From positions 30,760 through 94,759 of the forward strand of contig JAYRIP010000003.1 of assembly GCA_041906765.1 (NCBI GenBank): a stretch of 64,000 nucleotides of DNA, read 5' to 3'. The notes under the pieces are model-generated. The model had not been told where the DNA came from and did no database searches. It saw only the letters and a list, made by a program, of their open reading frames with translations. A program made the translations under genes and the position numbers. This stretch comes from Candidatus Saccharimonadales bacterium (lineage in GTDB: Bacteria; Patescibacteriota; Saccharimonadia; Saccharimonadales; JAYRRP01). Each line of letters starts with the position of its first letter. Positions within the stretch are counted from its first letter, which is position 1. Shown one piece after another: positions 1 to 7,673 of the stretch.

Positions 1-10
1 TTATGAACTG

Positions 11-196
11 TCAAACGGCAGTTAATCTGTGACCCGTAAAAGGATCACTCCAATCCGCAGAATTCTCACCGAGAACTAGACAAATATCGATGCCATACGG
101 GTTTTCAAGATAGACCCAAACGTTTCTAAGTTCTGAGTCGGCAATTCCTTCGGGGAAAATATACTTGATTTGCGCAAAATCCAATGTCGTACCCAT
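11..196 (-). CDS. hypothetical small protein (61 aa)
   Basis: ORF only, no recognisable motif. Lies in the AT-richer left edge downstream of tRNA-Gln. Confidence 0.3.
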   Translation of the reverse strand: MGTTLDFAQIKYIFPEGIADSELRNVWVYLENPYGIDICLVLGENSADWSDPFTGHRLTAV

Positions 197-288
197 GTCA
201 AACTGGATCAGCGGAGTTGAGCATTTATCGAAAGATACTATTTCAAACTTTGGTCGTCTTTCTTTAGTTAAATCAATGTTGTCGGTAA

Positions 289-765
289 TTATTTATTACT
301 TCTCGCAGGTAAAATGAAGTCCCATTCTTCACCGGTTGGGAATCTATAGTATGCACAACTTTTATAATATTCCTTTCTCAGCTCGAGAATCGATGGGTGT
401 ACTCCACTAAACCATGGCAAATTAAAGCCCAAATGGTCAAGGTAGTTAACGTGGAAACTTTGAGCCCTCTGCAAAAAATCTGAAATCGAAATTTTGCTGT
501 ATACCTCGGGGCTTATTTTTGTTTCGCCGGTTTCATTTGCTAAATCTATATCAGTACTTTTCGCATCAGTAGTAAAAGTAAACGAGGGCCGAACAGTATT
601 ACTGAGTGTGATTTCGATGTTTGGAAGATATTCCGGGCTACTTTGGCGCAGCGATAAATTGTCGCCATCTTTTTGACCAACGCCTGATAAATAGGTCAAA
701 AGTTGTTTAGTAAATTCTGACTGCGGTAATCGTAGGAAAACTCTCTTTAGGATTTTTTGATTCAT
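289..765 (-). CDS. hypothetical protein (158 aa)
   Basis: Clean ORF. On the minus strand a TATAAT (773-778) sits 7 nt upstream of the ATG at 765. No family recognised. Confidence 0.5.
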   Translation of the reverse strand: MNQKILKRVFLRLPQSEFTKQLLTYLSGVGQKDGDNLSLRQSSPEYLPNIEITLSNTVRPSFTFTTDAKSTDIDLANETGETKISPEVYSKISISDFLQRAQSFHVNYLDHLGFNLPWFSGVHPSILELRKEYYKSCAYYRFPTGEEWDFILPARSNK

Positions 766-855
766 AGTCTAAATTATAACGAAACAGACTCCGTATGGAG
801 TCATGATTCTAACCGTCAACTTGCCCTAGTTAACGGAAACAGGTGTAAATTGACT

Positions 856-873
856 TGGCTGGCGAGGAAGGAT
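856..873. repeat. exact 18-bp copy of the 3' end of tRNA-Gln (att-like direct repeat)
   Basis: tggctggcgaggaaggat at 856-873 is identical to 1031-1048 (T-stem 3' strand, acceptor 3' strand and CCA of the tRNA), in the same orientation. Confidence 0.8.
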
Positions 874-983
874 ATCGCCGCCTGCGCGGCTCCTACGCTC
901 TAGCTTTCTCGAAGCAAGCTTCTGTGAGAGCTTTCGCTCCGCCGAACCTTCCGCTACACGGCATCGGTTCGATAAATTCTACC

Positions 984-1030
984 CACAAAAACAGGGTTGA
1001 AAAACCAGTGCAAGCCTGGTTATCCAACCC
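984..1030 (-). terminator. intrinsic terminator of tRNA-Gln
   Basis: Minus strand reads GGGTTG-gat-AACCAG-gcttgca-CTGGTT-ttt-CAACCC followed by TGTTTTTGTGGG, starting immediately after the tRNA CCA. Confidence 0.6.
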
Positions 1031-1105
1031 TGGCTGGCGAGGAAGGATTCGAACCTTCGATCTCCTGATCCAGAGTCAGGCGCCTTACCGCTTGGCCACT
1101 CGCCA
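1031..1105 (-). tRNA. tRNA-Gln (anticodon CUG), CCA encoded
   Basis: Hand-folded cloverleaf: acceptor TGGCGAG/CTCGCCA, D arm GCC-AAGCGGTAA-GGC, anticodon stem CCTGA/TCAGG with loop CTCTGGA, T arm GAAGG-TTCGAAT-CCTTC. U1-A72 and G73 are typical of tRNA-Gln. Confidence 0.93.
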
Positions 1106-1247
1106 TTGCTAAAGGAATTGCCTACCGAATATAGACAGGGAGATTATACGCCGTGGACGTTATGAATTGCAAAAGCCTACACCTTATGTACTAAAGTAAT
1201 TACCGTGTATAATAGCGTGTAAGTTGTTAAAAATAGAAATTTAAGTT

Positions 1248-2180
1248 ATGCAGACAATTTTTTATCGCAATACCAAAGCACCTGTACTGGAACAACTCAC
1301 CACAACGCGCAAAGGTGATTGGCTGCATGTGGTGGAGCCAAGCGAGCAGGAATTACTCGCGTTAAGCGATAATTATGGGCTAGATCCGGATCTCTTAAGA
1401 GATGCTACCGATCCTTATGAGGCCCCCCGGATCGAAAAAGAAAATGGTGCCGTCTATGTTTTTACCCGTTACTGCTATTTTGAAGAAGGGGGCAGCTTGT
1501 CGACAACGCAACCGCTGCTGATAATCTATACGCCCGACCATGTAATTACCATTCAGCATAAGGACCTGCCAGTACTTGCGAGGCTCCAACAAGCCCACGG
1601 CGATGTAGCAACTACCCAAAAAACCAAAACATTGCTGCAGATCCTGGAAGAAGTCAATGTCTCGTACCAACGTCGCATTTACCGCATCAGCAAACAGATT
1701 TTAGGCATTCGTAACACAATGAACAAGTCAGAAGTCCGCAACGAGGACTTTATTGAATTTATCAACCTCGAGGAAGAATTAAACGAGGAGCTTTCGGCGT
1801 TGCAGGCGCAAAATGTCATGTTTCGTACACTTTTGAGCGGACGAAACGTCAAATTATATGAGGAAGATGAGGATTTAGTAGAAGACTTGGCGCTTGATAC
1901 GGCTGAGCTTATTGAGCTGGCGAAATCGAGATTAAAAACAATTTCGAATACGCGCGAGGCCTATGCGACCATCATGGCGAATACGCTAAACAAGACTTTT
2001 AAACGACTAACGAGCATTAGCATATTTATGACAATTCCTACAATTACGACCGGTTTATACGGCATGAACCTGGCGCTGCCTTTGCAACATAGACCCAACG
2101 CCTTTTGGTTTGTACTATTGATTGTGATGGGCTTTACCACTCTCGCCATCTGGATATTCCAGCGAAAGAAATGGCTGTAA
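1248..2180 (+). CDS. corA: CorA-family Mg2+/Co2+ transporter
   Basis: C-terminal two TM helices with the YGMN signature (GLYGMNLALP). The 310-aa length is typical. Confidence 0.85.
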   Translation: MQTIFYRNTKAPVLEQLTTTRKGDWLHVVEPSEQELLALSDNYGLDPDLLRDATDPYEAPRIEKENGAVYVFTRYCYFEEGGSLSTTQPLLIIYTPDHVITIQHKDLPVLARLQQAHGDVATTQKTKTLLQILEEVNVSYQRRIYRISKQILGIRNTMNKSEVRNEDFIEFINLEEELNEELSALQAQNVMFRTLLSGRNVKLYEEDEDLVEDLALDTAELIELAKSRLKTISNTREAYATIMANTLNKTFKRLTSISIFMTIPTITTGLYGMNLALPLQHRPNAFWFVLLIVMGFTTLAIWIFQRKKWL

Positions 2181-2257
2181 ACAACCCCAACTTGGTTGTG
2201 GTATGCTATATGGAAGCAACTTACTAGGATAGTTGCCTGCATTTTACCAAATTAACG

Positions 2258-2367
2258 AAATATAAAGAGTACGGGGAGAGAACTAGCTCGTTGATCCGTC
2301 GGCAACCTGCCTTAGTACTTTAGGTGTTGGTGCTCCATCTAGCTTGCTTTCGGCAAGAAAGATATTG
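2258..2367 (+). promoter_or_regulatory. SAM-I (S-box) riboswitch aptamer
   Basis: P1 AATAT/ATATT; J1/2 AAGAG; GGGGAGAGAACTAGCTCGTTGATCCGTCGGCAACC matches the consensus GAGGGAcuGGCCCgauGAagCCcgGCAACC; P3 GGCAACC/GGTGCT; P4 CTTGC-tttcg-GCAAG; closing AAAGATATT. Sits directly upstream of metK. Confidence 0.75.
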
Positions 2368-2389
2368 TGGTAACACCTAAAGACCATGC

Positions 2390-2420
2390 ATCCTTTTCGC
2401 CGAAGCGGAAAGGATTTTTT
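2390..2420 (+). terminator. riboswitch expression platform: intrinsic terminator that also sequesters the SD
   Basis: ATCCTTTTCGC-cgaa-GCGGAAAGGAT followed by a T run that abuts the ATG at 2421. The SD-like AAGGA lies in the 3' arm. GCAAGAAAGAT (P4/P1 3' side) can pair with the 5' arm as an antiterminator. Confidence 0.7.
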
Positions 2421-3536
2421 ATGCCAAATTTAACCCAGTTCGCCAGTGAGTCTGTTTGTGCTGGTCATCCGGACAAAGTCTGTGATCAGATCAGTGATGC
2501 AATATTGGATGCCGTACTGGCAGCGGATCCGAAAGGTCGGGTAGCGGTTGAGGCCTTGGCGGCCCATGACCACCTTGTGCTGGCCGGTGAAGTGACGTGT
2601 GCTTCGGATATTGATTTTGATAGTATTGCCCGTAGGCAGGTAAAACGGCTTGGCTATACCAATCCGGACTGGGGTTTTAGCCACAAATCGAAAGTTACTT
2701 CATTTGTCCACCGACAATCACCGGAAATCGCTGTGGGTGTCGACCAAGATGGCGCCGGCGATCAAGGTTTGATGTTTGGCTATGCGTGTAAAGAAACACC
2801 AGAGTTAATGCCATTACCAATCACACTTGCGCACCGTATTACTAAAGAAATAGACAAGGCCCGTGAGTCTAAGCGTATATCTTACCTGCGCCCCGACGGC
2901 AAAGCACAGGTGGTGGTGGATTACAAAGACGACAAACCTGTTGGCGTTGCGCATGTTACCTTAGCGGTGCCGCATGATGAGGCGATCACTCTAAAGCAGG
3001 TAAGCGGGGATTTATATGATAAAGTCGTAAGTCCAGTTTTGAACGAGTACGGTTTCGAGGTTAATAAACAGAACATCGTGGTAAATGGTACTGGCGTGTG
3101 GCATATACCTGGACCTTCTTCTGACTGTGGGTTGACTGGCAGGAAAATTGTCGTTGATGGCTACGGCGGTTATGCGCGTGTCGGTGGCGGTGCGTTTAGC
3201 GGCAAAGATCCCAGCAAAGTGGATCGCTCAGGCGCCTATGCGGCCCGTTACATTGCAAAAAATATCGTAGTGGCTGATCTGGCCGAACGGGCTGAAGTTG
3301 GCGTAGCTTTTTATATCGGCGCGAAACAGCCGGTGTGGCTACATATAGATACGTTTGGAACCGCCAAATCAAGTGATAAAGTGATCCGTGATTTTGCTGA
3401 TCGATGTCTCAACCTTTCAGTCAAACAAATTATTGAAACATTTGATCTGCGGCGCCCAATTTATCTGGAAACGGCTGCGTATGGTCACTTTGGCCGCGCA
3501 GAATTTCCGTGGGAAAAAGTCCGTGAAGATCTTTGA
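2421..3536 (+). CDS. metK: S-adenosylmethionine synthetase
   Basis: Motifs GHPDKVCDQISD, GAGDQGLMFGYA and GGGAFSGKDPSKVDRSGAY. Start moved from 2367 to the ATG at 2421 because the upstream part is the riboswitch terminator. Confidence 0.95.
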   Translation: MPNLTQFASESVCAGHPDKVCDQISDAILDAVLAADPKGRVAVEALAAHDHLVLAGEVTCASDIDFDSIARRQVKRLGYTNPDWGFSHKSKVTSFVHRQSPEIAVGVDQDGAGDQGLMFGYACKETPELMPLPITLAHRITKEIDKARESKRISYLRPDGKAQVVVDYKDDKPVGVAHVTLAVPHDEAITLKQVSGDLYDKVVSPVLNEYGFEVNKQNIVVNGTGVWHIPGPSSDCGLTGRKIVVDGYGGYARVGGGAFSGKDPSKVDRSGAYAARYIAKNIVVADLAERAEVGVAFYIGAKQPVWLHIDTFGTAKSSDKVIRDFADRCLNLSVKQIIETFDLRRPIYLETAAYGHFGRAEFPWEKVREDL

Positions 3537-3607
3537 CCAGCGAAAATCCTAGCGAACACCTCAAAACGGGTATACAATATGCCTGAGAAGTAAGGGGAGG
3601 TGTGCGA

Positions 3608-4738
3608 ATGGGTAAAAGAATACTGTTAGCCGCAGCCTTTATTGCGTGTTTTGTAGTGGGCGTGGCGCAGTTGGCGCGTGCCCAGACAGTGAGATCCGGT
3701 AATTTAGTAACAGTTGCGAAAGAACAGACGGTTGACGCGACCCTGTTTAGTTTTGGGCGGAGCCTTGATATTGCGGGTACGGTGAACGGTGACGTGATCT
3801 GTGCCGGCATGAATGTGACAATTAGCGGAACCGTACATGGTGATGTGCTTTGTGCTGCGCAAACGATACAGGTGAGTGGTGTAGTCGACGGCAGCGTTCG
3901 CGTGGCAGGACAGAACGTTTCAGTGAGCGGTCAAATTGACGGCAGCGCATCGCTTATCGGTCAAACTGTTATCACGCACGAGGCGAGTAAAATTGGCCGT
4001 GATCTGACAGCGGGAGGCTCTGATCTATTGGTGAATGGCCAGGTGGGCCGTGACGCCGGCCTTGCGGCTGACAACGCTACTGTAAACGGGAAAGTGGGAA
4101 GAAACCTCAATGGCCGGTTTAACAGTCTGACGCTTGGTTCGGGCTCAGTGGTTAATGGTAATCTTGACTATACCAGTGAAAAAACGGTGACTGTAGTAAA
4201 CGGTGCAAAGATAGCAGGTAGTACGACGCGCCACCAACCAAAAGCCAAAGCCAAAAAAGAAGGCATGTGGAAACTACGGTTTGCCGGTCAGAGCTACGCT
4301 TTTATATCACTACTGGTATTTGCCCTTGTATTAGTTCTCTTGTTTCCTTCTTTCTTCCACGAGGCTTCCGAAAGGACGCGCCGACATCCGGGCCGGACTG
4401 CCCTGGTAGGATTCCTAAGTCTGATAGCGGCACCCTTTGTAGGTATTGCTCTATTACTGACCCTTGTAGGTGTGCCGCTGGCTGTATTGTTTGCACTCAC
4501 CTGGCTAGTGATTCTTATGCTGAGCGGCACGGTATTTAGTTACACTATTGGACGGCTACTCATGCGGCATTCTAAACATCCCGCCCTTATTATGTTGGTA
4601 GGGGCCTCAGTAGTTTTGGTGCTTTATGCCTTACCCATTCTCAGTTTTATTACGCTTCTGGCAGCCGGCCTAGTGGGTACCGGCAGCATAGTGAGCGAAC
4701 TTTTTATTCGCGTACCAAAACCGCGTCACACTCTATAA
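3608..4738 (+). CDS. membrane protein: signal/anchor, bactofilin-like (polymer-forming cytoskeletal family) beta-helix repeats and a C-terminal polytopic domain
   Basis: N-terminal hydrophobic segment, then about 10 repeats of the G-x-V-x-G-D/S-V type (GTVNGDVICAG, GTVHGDVLCAA, GVVDGSVRVAG and others), then 4-5 predicted TM helices. GGGGAGG SD upstream of the ATG at 3608. Confidence 0.6.
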   Translation: MGKRILLAAAFIACFVVGVAQLARAQTVRSGNLVTVAKEQTVDATLFSFGRSLDIAGTVNGDVICAGMNVTISGTVHGDVLCAAQTIQVSGVVDGSVRVAGQNVSVSGQIDGSASLIGQTVITHEASKIGRDLTAGGSDLLVNGQVGRDAGLAADNATVNGKVGRNLNGRFNSLTLGSGSVVNGNLDYTSEKTVTVVNGAKIAGSTTRHQPKAKAKKEGMWKLRFAGQSYAFISLLVFALVLVLLFPSFFHEASERTRRHPGRTALVGFLSLIAAPFVGIALLLTLVGVPLAVLFALTWLVILMLSGTVFSYTIGRLLMRHSKHPALIMLVGASVVLVLYALPILSFITLLAAGLVGTGSIVSELFIRVPKPRHTL

Positions 4739-4787
4739 CCTTTAGAAGCAATTTCACTATTGCGCATGAGTTTTATTGCAGCCGGTA

Positions 4788-5408
4788 ATGAATTTGAATA
4801 TGCCAAACAAGTTGCGAGGAAGACGCTCCAAGGACAACATAGACCAGCTCCGGCAGTTATTAATGCAGGATGCCTCAGTCGTGGCGCCCTTGCTATTAGG
4901 CTTTATAGTTGTCCACCGAACGAATGATGGCTTGTGCGCGGGACGGATTGTCGAAACTGAAGCCTATCAAGCCGATGATCCGGCGAGTCATACCCATAAG
5001 GGTGTCTCGCCACGCAACCGAGTCATGTTTGGCGAACCGGGCCATGCCTACGTGTATTTCACCTATGGTATGCACTATTGTTTAAATGTGGTAGCAGGAA
5101 AAATAGAGGATGGCCAAGGTGTACTAATCCGTGCCCTGGAGCCAGTCGAAGGTATTGAGCTAATGAAGGAGAGACGCGGGATAGAAGAAGTCATTCGCCT
5201 TACCAATGGACCCGGTAAACTCACTCAAGCGCTTGGAATTGGCCTGAAGCAAAATGGAAAGGATTTACTGAGAGATAAGCATCTAATGTTACTAGCCGGT
5301 GTTCCACCAAAAGAAGTGGTACAGACCAAAAGAATCGGCATTACACGGGCAGTTGATCGGCCGTGGCGTTTTTATATTAAGAACAGTCCTTTTATCTCAA
5401 AACCCTAA
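4788..5408 (+). CDS. mpg: DNA-3-methyladenine glycosylase (MPG/AAG family)
   Basis: ETEAY...DPASH...G...PRN..MFG.PGHAYVYFTYGMHYCLNVV is characteristic of the MPG family. Start is ambiguous (TTG 4776 or ATG 4788). Confidence 0.85.
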   Translation: MNLNMPNKLRGRRSKDNIDQLRQLLMQDASVVAPLLLGFIVVHRTNDGLCAGRIVETEAYQADDPASHTHKGVSPRNRVMFGEPGHAYVYFTYGMHYCLNVVAGKIEDGQGVLIRALEPVEGIELMKERRGIEEVIRLTNGPGKLTQALGIGLKQNGKDLLRDKHLMLLAGVPPKEVVQTKRIGITRAVDRPWRFYIKNSPFISKP

Positions 5409-5573
5409 AGCTTTTTTCTTGCATTTTGGCGTATGCGGACGTAAGCTGAATGTGGAAGTGTGAGGCTTCCGATGAGCTCCGTCTAAACCACGGGGCTCTT
5501 AAAGTTTGCAGTTAGTTGTTTGCAAATTGCCGGGAACTGCCTTAGGCTGGTAACGAAAGGAAGCTCAGGTATT

Positions 5574-6332
5574 GTGACAGCCACTTACACGCAAGTGATA
5601 TTTTTTTCGTTAGTTGGCGGGTTATTTTCGTTAGTTGGCGGAATATTGCTATTGCGCCGCCGCCGCAGTGCGCAAGCGCTTAGCAAATATGTGACGCCAT
5701 TTGCAGCTGGAGCACTGCTCGCAGCTGTCTTTCTTGATCTTTTGCCAGAAGGAATTGCACATGATACGGCTGATTCGGTCTTGTTGGCAGCGCTTAGCGG
5801 TGTGGTGCTATTCTTTTTTGCTGAACGGTTTCTGCACTGGTTCCACCACCATCATCAACACCAAGGCGATCCCTCCGTGAGCTTAATTATTATTGGTGAT
5901 ACCGTACACAATGCTCTGGATGGAGTTGCAATTGCGGCTGGCTTTTTGATAAGCGTGCCAACTGGAATAATTACAGCTTTGGCTGTTGCTGCCCACGAAA
6001 TACCACAGGAAATCGGTGACTTTGGATTATTGTTGTCAAAGGGAGTGAGTCGACAGAAGGTATTACTGGTAAATGTGTTTAGTGCGCTTGCAACCACGAT
6101 TTTAGCCGTGGTGACTTTTGCCATCGGAAGTGCCGATAAATTGCCCAACGGGCTTTTATTTGGAATAAGTGCAGGATTTTTGCTTTACATTGCCGCCAGT
6201 GACATTATCCCGTCCATTCATGAGTCAGCTTCCAATCGTCGCGCGGTTGGTGTCGAGTCACTGCTATTACTACTCGGTGTAGTGGTTGTCGGACTGTCCA
6301 TAAGTCTGGCGCACCATTTTATTGCGGTCTAG
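5574..6332 (+). CDS. ZIP-family divalent metal (zinc) transporter
   Basis: His-rich loop HWFHHHHQHQ, then HNALDGVAIAAGF and AHEIPQEIGDFGLL. Multi-TM. Start uncertain (GTG 5574 after AAGGAAG; the ORF is open from 5520). Confidence 0.8.
   Translation: MTATYTQVIFFSLVGGLFSLVGGILLLRRRRSAQALSKYVTPFAAGALLAAVFLDLLPEGIAHDTADSVLLAALSGVVLFFFAERFLHWFHHHHQHQGDPSVSLIIIGDTVHNALDGVAIAAGFLISVPTGIITALAVAAHEIPQEIGDFGLLLSKGVSRQKVLLVNVFSALATTILAVVTFAIGSADKLPNGLLFGISAGFLLYIAASDIIPSIHESASNRRAVGVESLLLLLGVVVVGLSISLAHHFIAV
5604..5645 (+). repeat. in-frame 21-bp tandem duplication (2 units, 19/21 identical) inside the ZIP transporter
   Basis: ttttcgttagttggcgggtta / ttttcgttagttggcggaata, encoding FSLVGGL FSLVGGI. 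Confidence 0.85.
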
Positions 6333-6377
6333 GCTCTAGAAGTAGCACCCGAGGGGTGAACACGCTACAATAGGGCT

Positions 6378-7604
6378 ATGCTTATTGCGGTGCTAGTTTT
6401 GGGGATTGCCAATTTAGCTGCGTTAATTTGGCTATATAGCTGGCAAGGTGCTCACGCAGGTAGCGCTGATTTGCGGTCTGAGTTTGCCCAAAACCGAAAG
6501 GAATTTGGCCAAGCGAATAAGGAGTTACGGTTGGAGCTTTCCTCCACTCTCGAGAAAACCAAGACGTCGTTGGATAAGCGACTTGATCAGCTTCGGGATA
6601 AAAATGATGAAAAACTAGAGCTTATCCGCAAAACAGTGGAGGGACGCTTGGAGTCACTACAAAAAGACAATGCCGAGAAGTTGGAAAAAATGCGCGTGAC
6701 GGTTGATGAAAAACTGCAAAGTACTCTAGAAAAACGCTTGAGTCACAGCTTTAAGCTGGTAAGTGAGCGGCTGGAATTGGTGCATAAAGGTTTGGGTGAA
6801 ATGCAAGGGCTGGCCAGTGATGTGAGTGATTTCAAACGAGTGCTGACTAATGTCAAGACACGAGGAACCTGGGGTGAGGTACAGCTAGAGAGCTTGCTCG
6901 AACAAGTATTTATCAAAGACCACTACCAGAAGCAGGTTGTCTTAAAACCGGGCAGCAGTGAGGCCGTTGACTTCGTGATAAAGCTGCCGGATAAGAATGC
7001 GAAAGATGGCCATATATACTTACCGATTGATGCAAAGTTTCCACTGGAAGATTACCAACGTCTGGTTGCTGCTCAAGAGAAGGCAGATAACGAGTTAAGC
7101 TTACAAATAACCAAGTTGTTAATGTCTCGCATAAAGTCAGAGGCGAAATCAATAAAAGACAAGTATATTTTGCCGCCGAAAACGACGGATTTTGCTGTTA
7201 TGTACGTACCGATTGAAGGTTTATATGCTGAAGTGCTGCGGCACCCCGGGCTGTTTGAACAGATGCAGCGTGACTACCGAGTAACTGTTGCTGGCCCCAC
7301 CACGATTGCTGCCATATTGAGCAGCTATCAACTTGGCTTTAGGACGTTAGCAATCGCTGAGCAAACCAGCCAAGTATGGGAGCTACTGACGGTTATAAAA
7401 GGTGAGTTTGGTAAGTTTGGTGATCTACTTGATAAGACGAGGGAAAAACTAGTGCAAGCGACACGTACTATCGATACCGCTAGTACAAAGAGCCGAACCA
7501 TTGAGCGTAAGCTTGGCAAAGTGCAACAGCTTGCAGACCGGGCAAGTGAAACAGCGGAAGCCGAAGCTCCCCAGCTACTTGATGCGCTCGACGAACAGGT
7601 CTGA
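6378..7604 (+). CDS. rmuC: DNA recombination protein RmuC
   Basis: N-terminal TM, long coiled coil and a C-terminal RmuC nuclease-like region (YLPIDAKFPLEDY, DFAVMYVPIEGLYAE). Confidence 0.8.
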   Translation: MLIAVLVLGIANLAALIWLYSWQGAHAGSADLRSEFAQNRKEFGQANKELRLELSSTLEKTKTSLDKRLDQLRDKNDEKLELIRKTVEGRLESLQKDNAEKLEKMRVTVDEKLQSTLEKRLSHSFKLVSERLELVHKGLGEMQGLASDVSDFKRVLTNVKTRGTWGEVQLESLLEQVFIKDHYQKQVVLKPGSSEAVDFVIKLPDKNAKDGHIYLPIDAKFPLEDYQRLVAAQEKADNELSLQITKLLMSRIKSEAKSIKDKYILPPKTTDFAVMYVPIEGLYAEVLRHPGLFEQMQRDYRVTVAGPTTIAAILSSYQLGFRTLAIAEQTSQVWELLTVIKGEFGKFGDLLDKTREKLVQATRTIDTASTKSRTIERKLGKVQQLADRASETAEAEAPQLLDALDEQV

Positions 7605-7673
7605 TCTACTGAAAAGAATCTATTTTTTTGCTACACTGGTTCTTGCAGTTAAAGTAAAAATCAAGACGAAAAA

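Noticed and set aside
874-984. Possible SRP (4.5S) RNA, tmRNA or second tRNA in the structured spacer
   Set aside because: I looked for the SRP helix-8 motif (GGUCC-GNRA-GGAAGCAGC), a tmRNA-type Ala acceptor and a full cloverleaf. None is present, and only the 18-nt acceptor/T-stem fragment is tRNA-like.
855-1112. 85-aa plus-strand ORF
   Set aside because: It runs antisense straight through the tRNA-Gln gene, its terminator and the att-like repeat. It has no SD or promoter, so it is an artefact of an open frame.
1106-1247. Mg2+ (M-box) riboswitch upstream of corA
   Set aside because: The region is short and AT-rich, with a TATAAT and a plain leader. I could see none of the conserved M-box helices or sequence blocks.
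2367-2420. Longer metK ORF starting at 2367
   Set aside because: The extra 18 codons are the riboswitch terminator hairpin and U tract. The canonical MetK N-terminus begins at the ATG at 2421.
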